DNA from: Octopus sinensis
Taxonomy: Eukaryota
Length of the DNA: 64,000 nt
Assembly: GCF_006345805.1 (NCBI RefSeq)
Contig: NC_043014.1
Span: forward strand, 43,586,001 to 43,650,000
Direction of reading: 5' to 3'
The stretch's first letter is position 1; each line of letters begins with the position of its first letter. A model generated the notes under the pieces. The model was not told the DNA's origin and did not search any database. It saw only the letters and a program-made list of their open reading frames with translations. Below are positions 51,439-64,000 of this stretch, piece after piece. The position numbers were made by a program, and so were the translations under genes.

Positions 51439-51946
51439 TAGTGGTTCTGAACTGGGGTGCATATAACCCCCACCCCCTGGGGTCCATGCAAGCAAAATAG
51501 TGAATTAGTAACATACAGTAGTATATTAAAGGTCCATAAAAAATTCCTGCTTTAGATGTATTCATTACCAGAAACAGCTTGGTTTCCCTCTTTAAATGTC
51601 TTATGCAGTTCACACTACTCATGTTAATGTTTGAGAAACGAAATAGGGATTTTGAAAAAAGGATCTATAAAACTCGTTTTTAAACATTGAATGGCTATGG
51701 GGGTCCACCGTAATAAAATATTTATCAAAGGGGTCGATAGGTAAAGAAACTGTTGAGAACCGCTGATCTAAGGGAAACCCACTAATCAACATTTCATACT
51801 CAAGTTAATGTGTGAGAAGCAAAAATAGAGATTTTGAAAAAAGGATCTATAAAACTAGTTTTTAAACATTGAATGACCATGGAGGTCCACCGTAATAAAA
51901 TAATTATCAAAGGGGTCCATAGGTAAAAAAACAGTTGAGAACTGCT
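51439..51946. mobile_element. Old hAT/Charlie-like MITE with tandemly duplicated right end
   Basis: TAGTGGTTCTGAAC ... GTTGAGAACCGCTG termini; ~180 bp of the right end is repeated. Related fragments at about 20377-20530, 42080-42170, 54213-54260 and 61355-61443. Confidence 0.65.
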
Positions 51947-52692
51947 GATCTAAGGGAAACCCACTAATCAAAATTCCATACAAATTTATGCTCCAAATGC
52001 CATCTGAAATATGACTTAAATTTCATAAATTCTTCATTATTTCTAAGGTTTGCTAAAAACATTGTGTTTCAACATAAATGTGGTAGCAAATGAGTTAATG
52101 ATCAGATTCGTTTCAGTGAACTTGATTTTATGATTTCGTCATCAGTAAAGGAAGGATATCACCTGTAACCTTTCCACAGGGCTCTTGAAGGCAGTGGGGT
52201 GGGGCAAGGAGAGAAAGAGGAACTAATGAGCATGTCAGTATATCAGCTTATTTATTGCTGGTAGGGACACTCGTATTTTGTTTTACAAGTGAAATATACT
52301 ACATTTTTCTCTCTCCTTGTTTTTTCTGTGTCCCTTTCTGTAGAAGAGTGTAGGCTCCAAACGTAAAAGACTTTTTCTATTTCTGAGCATTATACTAATA
52401 CATCTGTTTGTTTTGTACACCACCTGTCTTCGTATTTTGTTCTTTTCATAAACTCTACTTTACTACTATATTATAGGTTTATAAGTCAACACCATGTTCT
52501 ACTTTTGTGTAGGCAGTGTGATACAATCGCTTTTCTGCTCATCTCTACAGATTTTCTATAGAATTAGAGCCAGTATTGAAAGTTACACCATTTTGAATAT
52601 GAATATGTCTATGTAAACAATGCAATCAAAGATAGAAAAATTTGTGATTGGTGTATATATCCATCAAATGTGTGTATGTATATATATATCTT

Positions 52693-52723
<31 letters not shown>

Positions 52724-53773
52724 ATATATATATTATATATATATATATACACACATATGTACATATGAATTCAAATCTTGATCAGCAAAACATTATTTTA
52801 ACGAAAGATGATAAGGTAGATATTTGTGCTTCGTTAAGTGGAACATTTATTTTCTTTTGTCTTCTATTCCACTAAACTTCTTACCATTTCTGATTACTTT
52901 GAAAATTAGCACAGAAAAGCAAAAAGTAACTTTGTCAGAGATATCAACACAAAAGTATTAGCACAGTTCTCAATGTAATAATTATATAAATCCTTTGAAT
53001 GCAAAGTAAGGAATTCCTTAAATTGCATATAGTATTTTGCTTCATTTCCTTTTTAAGCATTTTTTGGTCTCAAACAACACATAAATGGTTGTGGCATTAA
53101 AACTGTCACTGACCTAAATTCTGCTTTGTGTTGCATCGTCATGCTTCAGAGCTCCTTAGAAACAAAATACTGTTTGCACAGATTTCTGTAATGCAAACAA
53201 CACCTCTGTTTAAACAGCATCCTTCAGAAAAAGCACATCTCATGTACAAACAATGCAGATGATCTATCTAGCACACACAGGTACTTAGATTAATGAGACA
53301 ACCTCTAGAAACAGCAGCCAAAATCTTGTCTCCCTCAACCACTGTCACCACCACTTGACAACTGATGTTGGTGTGTTTACATCCTGTAACTTAGCAGTTC
53401 AGCGAAAGACATCGATAGAATAAGTACTAAGCTTACAGAGAATAAGTTCTGGAGTCAATTTCTTCAACTAAAACCCTTTAAGGCAGTGCTCCAGCATGGC
53501 TGCAGTCAAATGACTGAAACATGTAAAAGAATAATAGAATAAACCCTTAATACCTGGCCAAAATTTTCTACCTGTTTCACGTTCAAACTGACCGGATCTG
53601 GCTTCTCGCACCAACCTTACAATATCATTGTAAAAATTAACAGTGACCTCATCAAAATCTGAAAGCTATGAGATATTGCAGAATTAATTCAAAACAACGT
53701 GAATCGATAAACATTACTTATGACAGAAAAATGTGAATACTGAAGGGTTAAGCAATTTAATCCTACATATACA

Positions 53774-54175
53774 TAGGCGCAGGAGTGGCTGTGTGGTAAG
53801 TAGCCTGCTTACCAACCACACGGTTCCAGGTTCAGTCCCATGCGTGACACCTTGGGCAAGTGTCTTCTACTATAGCCTCGGGCTGACCAAAGCCTTGTGA
53901 GTGGATTTAGTAGACGGAAACTGAAAGAAGCCTGTCGTATACATGTATATGTATAAATGTGTGTGTTTGTGTGTCTGTGTTTGTCCCCCCAACATCGTTT
54001 GACAACCGATGCTGGTGTGTTTATGTCCCCGTTACTTAGCGGTTCGGCAAAAGAGACCGATAGAATAAGTACTAGGCTTACAAAGAATAAGACCTGGGGT
54101 CGATTTGCTCGACTAAAAGGCGGTGCTCCAGCATGGCTGCAGTCAAATGACTGAAACACGTAAAAGAGAAAGAGA
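53774..54175 (+). mobile_element. SINE B
   Basis: Full-length match. Older or partial copies at about 3315-3640, 6060-6340(-), 9455-9585(-), 11970-12168, 17425-17660, 26255-26545, 39998-40505, 42675-42822(-), 53330-53535, 56767-57168 and 58370-58640. Confidence 0.88.
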
Positions 54176-54403
54176 TACAGAGTAAATGATAGAAGGATTA
54201 ATGCCTAAGGTAAGTGATTCTCAGCTGGGGCTCATATGGCCACTGAGGGTCCATATATAAGATTTTTATGTCGCACTGTGAGATTGAACCCAAAACCATG
54301 TGGCTACACAGTTGTAAAATAAATTCCTTTAACACACAGCCATGCTTGCTCCTATAGTGATTATCTAGAATTAGAGTATTTTTTTTGATATTCCTTTTCT
54401 TTA

Positions 54404-55032
54404 AGGCAGTTTGCTGGCAGAAATGTTAGCAAGCCAGCTGAAATGCTTAGGCGGCGAGCTGGTAGAAACGTTAGCGCTCTGTACGAAATTCTTAGCGGCA
54501 TTTCGTCTGAGGTTACGTTCTGAGTTCAAATTCCGCCAGGGTCGACTTTGCCTTTTATCCTTTCGGGGTCGATTAAATAAGTACTAGTTACGCACTGGGG
54601 TCGATATAATCGACTTAATCCGTTTGTTTGTCCTTGTTTGTCCTCTCTGTGTCTAGCCCCTTGTGGGTAGTAAAGAAATAGGTATTTCATCTGTCATTAC
54701 ATTCTGAGTTCAAATTCTGCCAAGGTCATCTTTGTCTTTCATCATTTCTAGGTCAACAAATTAAGTACCAGTTACACACTGGGGTTGATGAAATCGACTT
54801 GATCCATTTGTCTGTCTTTGTTTGTCCTCTCTGTGTTTAGCCCATTGTGGGTAGTAAAGAAATAGGTATTTTGCTCGTCGCTACATTCTGAGTTCAAATT
54901 CCGCCGAGGTCAACTTTGTCTTTCATCCTTGCAGGGTCGACAAATTAAGAACCAGTTGTGTACTGGGGTTGATCTAATCAGCTGGCCCCCGCCCCCAAAA
55001 TTTCAGGCCTTGGGCCTAGAATAGAAAAGAAT
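54404..55032 (+). mobile_element. SINE A nested multimer ending in tail 2
   Basis: Old head, then a full tail-1 copy, a body-tail1 unit and a body-tail2 unit. Confidence 0.85.
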
Positions 55033-55600
55033 ACTCATTTTGTTTGAGCTAGCAGAATCTTTAAAATACTTCGTGGCATTTTGTCCATCTTTACATTCTG
55101 AATTCGAATTCTACCAAGATCAACTTAGCCGTTCGTCCTTACAGAGTCGATAAAATAAGTACCATCTAAACATTGGAGCTGATTGAATTAGACCTACCCC
55201 TCTCCTCAAAATTGCAGGCCTTGTGCCAAAACTTGAAACTAATATTTCTTTTCCTAGTACAACTCTCTCTAAAACATTTTATGCAATTAAACTGGCTTAT
55301 ATTGTGGCTTCCTGATATTATAATAGGTTGTGTATCTGTATGCTCACGTTCAACAGTTATTTTCCTATATGTATGAGTCAATATGTTAATATTTTTTGGC
55401 TGTTAAACAAAACCTACAATTTACAGTCCATTAAAAGTCAATTGTTATCATAAACAAAATGATTTTATGTTTCAATTTTGAATAGAGTTCAGTATTTCCT
55501 TTAAAAAATCTTTTTTGTTTTCCTATACATTTAGACTGTTAGCAAAATCAACGTATTCTAATTGTATAGATGAATTTTAAAGAAAAATGGTATTATTCCA

Positions 55601-55646
<46 letters not shown>

Positions 55647-56428
55647 GGCAGCGAGCTGGCAAAAACGTTAGCACGCCGGGTGAAATGCATAGCTTTATTT
55701 CGCCTGCCAAGTTCTGAGTTCAAATTCCGCTGAGGTCGACTTTGCCTTTCATCCTTTCGGGGTCGATAAATTAAGTACCAGCTGCGTACAGGGTCGATCT
55801 AATCGACTGGCCCCGCTCCCCCAAAATTTCAGGCCTTGGGCCTAGAATAGAAAAGAATACTCATTTTGTTTGAGCTAGCAGAATCTTTAAAATACTTCGT
55901 GGCATTTTGTCCATCTTTACATTCTGAATTCGAATTCTACCAAGATCAACTTAGCCGTTCGTCCTTACAGAGTCGATAAAATAAGTACCATCTAAACATT
56001 GGAGCTGATTGAATTAGACCTACCCCTCTCCTCAAAATTGCAGGCCTTGTGCCAAAACTTGAAACTAATATTTCTTTTCCTAGTACAACTCTCTCTAAAA
56101 CATTTTATGCAATTAAACTGGCTTATATTGTGGCTTCCTGATATTATAATAGGTTGTGTATCTGTATGCTCACGTTCAACAGTTATTTTCCTATATGTAT
56201 GAGTCAATATGTTTAATATTTTTTGGCTGTTAAACAAAACCTACAATTTACAGTCCATTAAAAGTCAATTGTTATCATAAACAAAATGATTTTATGTTTC
56301 AATTTTGAATAGAGTTCAGTATTTCCTTTAAAAAATCTTTTTTGTTTTCCTATACAATTTAGACTGTTAGCAAAATCAACGTATTCTAATTGTATAGATG
56401 AATTTTAAAGAAAAATGGTATTATTCCA

Positions 56429-56474
<46 letters not shown>

Positions 56475-56665
56475 GGCAGCGAGCTGGCAAAAACGTTAGC
56501 ACGCCGGGTGAAATGCATAGCTTTATTTCGCCTGCCAAGTTCTGAGTTCAAATTCCGCTGAGGTCGACTTTGCCTTTCATCCTTTCGGGGTCGATAAATT
56601 AAGTACCAGCTGCGTACAGGGTCGATCTAATCGACTGGCCCCGCTCCCCCAAAATTTCAGGCTTT
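54965..56665. repeat. Tandem duplication, period ~826 bp, bounded by SINE A
   Basis: Identical ORFs at 55173 and 55999; near-identical sequence. Confidence 0.93.
55646..55858 (+). mobile_element. SINE A, tail 2 (second copy at 56474-56684)
   Basis: Family-A head and body with the alternative tail ...GACTGGCCCC..CCCCAAAATTTCAGGCCTTG.GCCTAGA.TAGAAAAGA; preceded by (ATT)n. Confidence 0.85.
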
Positions 56666-56708
56666 GTGCCTAGAGTCGAAAAGATTATTATTGTTATTAT
56701 TATTATTA

Positions 56709-56766
<58 letters not shown>

Positions 56767-56910
56767 AGTGTGGCTGTGTGGTAAGAAGTTTGCTTCTCAA
56801 CTGCATAGTTCCTGGTTCAGTCCCACTGCAAGGCAACTGTCTTCTACTATAATCCCGGGTCAACCAAAGCCTTATGAGTGGATTTGGTAGGAAGAAACTG
56901 AAAGAAGCCC

Positions 56911-56963
<53 letters not shown>

Positions 56964-57283
56964 TGTGTGTGTGTGTGTCTGTTTGTCCACCACCACTTGA
57001 TAACTTGTGCTGATACCCTTGTCACTTAGCAGTTCAGCAAAAGTGATTGATAGACTAAGTACCAGGTTTAAAAAAAATAAGTGCTGGAGTTGATTCATTC
57101 AACTAAAAGTTCTTCAGGGCATTGCCCCAGCATGGCCGCAGTCTAATGAATGAAACCAGTAAAAGATACAAGCGTATGTATAGCTGTGTGGGTTAAGAAG
57201 TTTGCTTTGCAAAACACATGGTTCCAGGTTCAATTCCATGACATAGTAACCTAGACTAAATATCTTTTATAATTTCAAGTTAA

Positions 57284-58352
57284 CCCTTCAGTATTCAGAT
57301 TATTCTGCCAAATATATTTATTCTCATTGTGATCATTACAAGCGTTACCTTACTGGCACATGTGCCGGTGGCATGTGTAAAAAGATTCGAGCAAGGTCGT
57401 AGCCAGTACCGCTTGACTGGCTCCTGTCCTGGTGGCACGTAAAAAGCACCCACTACATTCTCGGAGTGGTTGGCGTAAGGAAGGGCATCCAGCTGTAGAA
57501 ACTCTGCTAGATCAAGATTGGAGCCTGGTGCAGCCATCTGGTTCTCCAGCCCTCAGTCAAAATCATCCAACCCATGCTAGCATGGAAAGCAGATGTTAAA
57601 CGATGATGATGATGTTTTCAATTAATCATGCATTATCTTGTAGCTTTGAGTTTTCAGTGTTGTGATTGTATATTTTTAGAATGGCATTGTAAGGTAGGTT
57701 TAAGAGGCCAGATCTTGATAGTTTGAACATGAAGCAGATAGAATATTTGGGCCAGATATCTATCTCTATCTAGGTCGTCCCTCAGGATGCCCCAAGACTG
57801 TTTCCACATGTTTTCCCTTTCATCTCGATCTTCCATAATGGTCTTCAGCTCCTTTACCCCTTCCATACCAGTATCCTCCAGCAAGTTGTCGATATAGGTT
57901 GTCTTCCTCCTTCCTCTCCTGGATCCTCTGTTGGTTACCAGGGCACTAACTTGTAAGCAATTTCATCGGTATGTCTGATGCAGTGTCCAGCAAATACCTT
58001 GGTGCGTGGACGCAAAGTACTGAAAAAGACATCGTAGCAAGGAAAGCTCTTGCCTGGAGCATGTACCATAAATTGAGACAGGTATGGAGTTCAAAGTTAG
58101 CAAGGAAATTGAGAGTGAGATTGTTTCTGGCAACAGTGGAGTCTGTTCTTCTGTACGGGGCTGAAACATGGATGCTCACTAAAGCATTGAAGAAGCAGTT
58201 GGATGGTTGTTATACGAGGATGCTTAGAATGGCACTCAATGTCTCCTGGAAGAGTCATACAACAAACGCCGACTTATACCAGGAACTACCAAAAGTAACA
58301 TTGAAGATGCAGCATAGAAGCGCCAGATATGGCTGGTTTAAATACTAAAGAG
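57284..58352. mobile_element. Family-2 MITE interrupted by a family-D repeat and an RTE fragment
   Basis: MITE sequence is continuous once 57338-57613 and 57760-58330 are removed. Confidence 0.75.
57760..58321 (-). mobile_element. RTE-clade LINE 3' fragment with 5' inversion, 9-bp TSD
   Basis: Minus part 57760-57992 encodes AGHCIRHTDEIA...KTTYIDNLLEDTG and ends in a TAGA-rich tail. Plus part 57992-58321 encodes KYLGAW...VLLYGAETW...LDGCYTRMLRMALNVSW. TSD GCCAGATAT at 57751-57759 and 58322-58330. Confidence 0.88.
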
Positions 58353-58759
58353 TCACACAATACTTTTAATGAGTGGAATTTGGTTGATGAAAACTGTGCA
58401 GAAGCTCATTTTGTGTGTGTGTGTCTTTGTGGCTGTTTGCCCCCCACTACCACCACCACTTGATAACTGGTGTTGCTGTGTTTATGTCCCTATAACTTAG
58501 CGGTTTGGTAAAAAAAAAGACTGATAGAATGGCTTAAAAGGAAAATAAATACTGGAATTTATTAGTTTGACTAAAATTCTCGGGGTGGTGCCCCAGCGTG
58601 GCCACAGTCTAATTGATGAAACGAGCAAAAGATAAAAAGGCAACAGTATAGCTGTGTAGTTTAGAAGTTTGTTTCAGAACCTTTGGTTCAGAAGTTCAAT
58701 CCCACTTCATGGACATTGCTGGTTGTCATCTTCTGACCAATACCTTACGAGTATAATTA

Positions 58760-59046
58760 GTAGATCATGTGATCACATGACTGACCAGGCTGTCAGATGT
58801 TGTTACACATCACTGGTCACTGGGCACTTTTTTGCCTTTTTGCATTGTTTTAGCCTTCAAATGATGCTACCCTGCTGGCTAGGTGAGCAGGCCAAGGATA
58901 CCCTCTGATTGAAGTGGGTGGGGTCTGGAGTAATGTAAAATGAGAAGTGTTTTGCTCAAGAACACATCGTGCCACCCAGTCGGAATCGAACCCACAATCT
59001 AGCGATCGTGAACGCAACAACCTAACCGCTAGGTCACGCGCCTTCA
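58760..59046 (-). mobile_element. tRNA-head CORE-like SINE with another tail
   Basis: GGCGCGTGACCTAGCGGTTAGG...GGTTCGATTCC followed by TTCTTGAGCAAAACACTT. Confidence 0.7.
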
Positions 59047-59972
59047 CAGTCGGTAGATGAAAACTGGTAAAAGCCTGTCGTGTGTTTCAGTCCGTGTGTC
59101 TGTTGGGGGTGGGGAAGCATGTGCACACATGCATGAGTTCATATTCTCTCTTAACTCTACATATTCGCTGATCATAGACGTGAACTTCACACTTCAAACA
59201 GACAGTGTGATGTGCGTGCAGTCAACTGTGAAAGCATGACCCAAGTTTCTTGACATGTCTCGGCATGTTGCGCGATCGCTGGCAAGCAAAATGCTCACCA
59301 TTCATGCACATGAGGATGTACGTTTCCGATACTCCTATCTAACCGTGTGTGTTCTGTCCGTTGTTCGATAAGCCGATGCAGTGTCATTAACCTTGTTTGG
59401 AACATCTCGATATCCTCAGACATCCTAGAGACGTCGACTCGTAAAGCTTGCAGCAGTTTACTCTTCTAAAGGCACCAAAACAAAATCAGGAATCAGTGTT
59501 AAACCTTGTGACAGGACTCACTCAAACAGCCCCTTCTATATACTTAACAGAATTTGTGTTTCTGGTCCTATGTCTGACCACGAAAATTCATGTAACCAAA
59601 CTGGAACTAAACTGACTTTCAAGTGAAAATAATGGTTTTGTTGTTAAATACTGCTTCAGTGTCAGTTCAGCTCTGATTCGAGATGATTTATGATCAAAAG
59701 CATACCAACCTTGGCAATCCCATCTTAGTTTTCTTCCGGCAGGTATATTTAACACTTTTTCTTTATGTAGTTTTATTGAAATACGCCCTCTTTTATTTTA
59801 ATTAATTTTGAAACATGTTTCTCCTTTACAGTGGCACACCTGTTTCTGTCCTCATTCTTGTTAACTCTCTCTCTCTCTCCTCTGGCCTGCCCTGGCCTGT
59901 AACCATGTATCTCCTTTACGATAAGACACCTGTTACTGGCTCTCTGTCTCTGTCATGTTCTCACTCTTCATC

Positions 59973-60206
59973 TTATTTCTTTATTGCCCACAAGGGGCTA
60001 AACATAGAGGGGACAAACAAGGACACACAAAAGGGTTAAGTCGAATACATCGACCCCAGTGCGTAACTGGTACTTAATTTAATCAACCCCGAAAAGATGA
60101 AAGGCAAAGTCGACCTCGGCAGAATTTGAACTCAGAATGTAACGGCAGACAAAATACCGCTAAGCATTTCACCCGGCGCGCTAACGTGTCTGCCAGCTCA
60201 CCGCCT
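59973..60206 (-). mobile_element. SINE A, tail 1
   Basis: Full-length match to 7201-7432. Confidence 0.88.
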
Positions 60207-60944
60207 TATTCTCACCCTTCATTATCTGACACAAGCTCACCTCCTCCAATGCCACCCTCCCATCTCAAAAATTCCTTGTCTTGCAAGTTACTTGGTGACC
60301 CTGCAGATGCTGGTGCCACATAAAAAGCATGAAGTCCACACCGTAAAGTGGTTGACATTTGGAAGGGCATCCACCTATAAAAAACCATGCCAAAACTGAC
60401 CTCGTCTGTGCTAGGGTTAACATGGCCCTTACACAAACCACTAAGAGGATCATGACAGTATGTTTGCAAGATCTTCGTGGCCCTCTGGTGGATTGCCTCA
60501 TTATTTCTTTTCTATATTTTATAGTTTTCCTTTCTTTGTTTTTCCTTTTGATTTTTACAATTATATCACATTGAGTTTGACCATGTAAAGAGATAAAATA
60601 AAAGAAAATATAATTATCAAAGCAGAAGAGAACGAAAAACATTTTAGTTACTTTGGAAACCAAAATAGTGTGTTGTTTTTGTTCTTTTTCAAAAAACAAA
60701 AACACAAAAAAAAAATGTATATTCCAACACCAGTCGAAAATATCCAAGAATTTGAATTTACCTCTTTGATCAACAAAGAGGGTCTAGATTTTAATATGAA
60801 TGTAGGTGGCAAATAATCCACCAGTGGATCGTGGGTAAAAAAACATTAAACATGATATTTGCCTCACATATCATATAGTAAAAGATATATAGTGGAAGAA
60901 GATCTCTGTTCATATAACCTGTGTTAATTCTGTAACCTTTTAAA

Positions 60945-61328
60945 ATGGAAGATAAGAAAGTTCATTTTCAGCACTTGATGCTTTGGGAACCAGACAAAAT
61001 TTGCTGCAGTTTTGCTGAGATGTGTTACCCCACCCTCCATATTCACCAGATATTGCTCCTTTGGATTTCCACTTATTCAGGTCTCTTCAGAGTAGTCTTA
61101 ATGGTAAAAATTTCAATTCCTTGGATGACGTAAAAGGATACCTTGATGAATTCTTTGCCACGAAACCACCTCAATTCTGGGAAGGGGGTATTTTCAAGTT
61201 AAAGGAAAGGTGGAGACACATTGTGCAACAAAATGTTTCAAATTTGGTTGATTAAAATTGTAATGGCAAGTATTTATTGACCTTTTTCTTTCCTTTAAAA
61301 ATCGGCACAAACTTTCCGGACAACCCAA
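60945..61328 (+). mobile_element. Internally deleted mariner transposon (transposase N- and C-termini + 3' TIR)
   Basis: MEDKKVHFQHLMLWE joined to LPHPPYSPDIAPLDFHLFRSLQ...FWEGGIFKLKERW (YSPDLAPSD-type motif). TIR ends ...CGGACAACCCAA followed by TA. Confidence 0.9.
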
Positions 61329-61789
61329 TATTTAATTATAAAAATACAATAGGTTCTTTTAAACATCAAATGGCCTGGAGGGTCCACCCAAGTAAAATAG
61401 AAATCAAAGGGGTCTATACATAAAAAATGGTTAAGAACCCCTGAGTTAATGTATGGGCAGTAACCTTGGTGGCAAGATGTCAGTCGAGGGTTTGATGAGT
61501 GGTGTTTGGCGATAATTGTAGCATGGGCTGTGATGGCTATGCAGTGGTAGATGAGAAAAAATTGTGGGTTGTTACTGTTGTAGTGGTGTGATAGTGGTGG
61601 TAATGGCAGTAGTATTCACAGTGGTGTTGATGGTGGTGGTGGTGACATTAATAGTCACAATAGTGGATGGTTGTAGTGGTGGCCATGGTGATGATTATAG
61701 GAATAATGGTGTTGTTTTTCTATATTGACAGCAAATAAGTTGCATTTTAACTTTTCTATTGTGAAGATTTGAATTTATTTATCTATTTA

Positions 61790-62608
61790 TGGTGTGTATG
61801 TATGTGTGTGTGTGTGTGTATATATGTGTGTGTGTGTGTGTATGTATATATATGTGTGTGTGTGTATATATATATGTATATATGTGTGTATATATATATA
61901 TGTATATGTGTGTGTGTATATATATATGTATATATATGTGTGTGTATATATATATATATGTATATGTGTGTGTGTATATATGTGTGTGTGTATATATGTA
62001 TGTGTATATATATGTATATGTGTGTATATATGTGTGTGTGTGTGTATATATATATATATGTGTGTCTGTATGTGTATATATATATATATATATATATGTG
62101 TCTGTGTATATATGTTTGTGTGTGTATGTTTATATATATATAGATATATATAATTGTGTTTTATTCTTTCACAGAAAACAATACAATAACACCTTTGTTT
62201 CTATAAGGCTGTGGGGGAAAAACAAACACCTTTTGAATAGTCATTATACTTTCACCTGTTCTCCCCCCCCTCTCTCCCTCATTCTATTTTCCACTATGAC
62301 CTCCACCTTTTTCCATTTCCTTTAAGCTGACTTTTTAAAATCTTTGTATCATTCTTATCATCTTTTCCCTACATTTTTTTAGTTATTTTTCTCTATATCC
62401 TTTTCCCTCTCCATCACTAGATTGTCCCCTCTTTCATTCCATCTTTTTTTTTGTCTGTTCCTTTTCCTTTTCCTTTTCTTTGTCTCTTTCTCTCTGTCTC
62501 TCTGTGTTATTCTCTTTTTTGCTTTCTCTATCTGTCTCCATCCATTCATCTCTCTTTCACAGTCTCCTTTATATATTTTGTTGTCTATTCCTCTCATTCG
62601 TTATCCCA

Positions 62609-62653
<45 letters not shown>

Positions 62654-62970
62654 TCTCTCTCTCTCTTTCTCTCTCCCTCTCTTTTTCTCTCTCCCTATCT
62701 CTCTCTTTCTCCCCCCTCTCTCTCTCTGTCTTTCTCTTTCTATTTGTCTTTCTGTGTCTGTCTCCATCCATTTATCTCTCTTTCACCAGCTCCTTTATTT
62801 TGTTGTCTGTTCCTCCCATTCATTATCCCATTCTTTCTCTCTCTCTCTCTTCCTCTCCCCCTCTCTCCATCTCTCTCTCTGTCTTTCTCTTTCTATTTGT
62901 CTTTCCGTACTTGTCTCCATCTATCCATCTCTACCTTTATGCCCATCTTTCTATCTCCATCTCCCCCAAC
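61790..62970. repeat. (TG/TA)n field (61790-62150) and CT-rich field with internal duplication (62400-62970)
   Basis: Direct inspection. Confidence 0.9.
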
Positions 62971-63316
62971 TTCTCACTCATCCACAACACAGTAATTTTA
63001 TTCTGACATTTCAAGTGTATTTTGTTCACTTGTTGAAATTCTTGAGAACGTCTAACTTAAGCTGGCAATGAGCAGCAATTAGCTTGATGTGTTTTTAGTT
63101 CCTTGTCATTGTAACAGACAAGCACTTATTGTCAATTGGTCTCTAGAAATTTACTGGACGCACTTTTTACTTTCTTTTTCCATATTCATGTAAAGTAGCC
63201 ATCTGATATGAGGAGTGAAGGGAGGAGAAGTACAATTTAAGATGTTTTCTTAGAGAATTGCATCTCCATCCTACCCTTCCTCATTTTCCTCTCCTTCGGC
63301 AAGAATTGTAAGAGTA

Positions 63317-63909
63317 TTTATTTCTTTACTGCCCACAAGGGGCTAAACACAGAGAGGACAAACAAGGACAGACAAACGGATTAAGTTGATTATTTCGACC
63401 CCAGTGCGTAACTGGTACTTGATTTATCGACCCCCGAAAGGATGAAAGGCAAAGTCGACCTCGGCGGAATTTGAACCCAGAATGTAACGGCAGACGAAAT
63501 TCTCTAGAAATTTACTGGACGCACTTTTTTCTTTCTTTTTCCATATTCATGTAAAGTAGCCATCTGATATGAGGAGTGAAGGGAGGAGAAGTACAATTTA
63601 AGATGTTTTCTTAGAGAATTGCATCTCCATCCTACCCTTCCTCATCTTCTTCCTTTGGCAAGAATTGTAAGAGTATTTATTTCTTTACTACCCACAAGGG
63701 GCTAAACACAGAGCGGACAAACAAGGACAGACAAACGGATTAGGTCGATTATTTTGACCCCAGTGCGTAACTGGTACTTAATTTATTGCCCGCCGAAAGG
63801 ATGAAAGGCAAAGTCGACCTCAGCGGAATTTGAACCCAGAACGTAACGGCAGACAAAATACAGCTACGCATTTCGCCTGGCATGCTAACGGTTCTGCCAG
63901 CTCGCCGCC
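63317..63909 (-). mobile_element. SINE A copies within a ~360-bp tandem duplication
   Basis: 63143-63500 is repeated at 63503-63860; full SINE at 63676-63909. Confidence 0.85.
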
Positions 63910-64000
63910 ATGTAAGAGTATTGCAGTATTTGTCCAGGCTCTTTATGTTCTGAGTTAGAATCCCTCTGAGGTCAATGTTGGCTTTCATCTTTTCACGGTT

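Noticed and set aside
23204-56665. Similar ~830-850-bp offsets of three duplications
   Set aside because: Offsets differ (about 827, 848, 826) and the sequences are unrelated; treated as coincidence.

Overview
AT-rich, repeat-saturated animal genomic DNA. The SINE families and microsatellite load suggest a coleoid cephalopod (octopus-like); this is an inference, not a database match. I cannot support any host protein-coding gene: nearly all short ORFs in the track are translations of microsatellites or SINEs. The centrepiece is an apparently full-length (~5.85 kb) Tx1/L1-clade LINE on the minus strand (27922-33765), with a zinc-knuckle ORF1 and an APE-RT-CCHC ORF2, both broken by frameshifts. 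It sits inside an (AAT)n tract that also holds a Dong/R4-type 3' fragment. One abundant tRNA-derived SINE in the window (family A) ends in a sequence that closely matches this LINE's 3' end, pointing to a Tx1-LINE/SINE partner pair. Around it are several other SINE families with swapped modules, RTE-clade fragments (one with a 5' inversion), TTAA piggyBac-type MITEs, hAT and mariner MITEs and remnants, a non-autonomous Helitron, a (TA)n-associated repeat carrying a minimal hammerhead-ribozyme-like motif, a 176-bp tandem array, a near-perfect 95-bp inverted duplication and several local tandem duplications. All alignments were done by eye; boundaries of old repeats are approximate.
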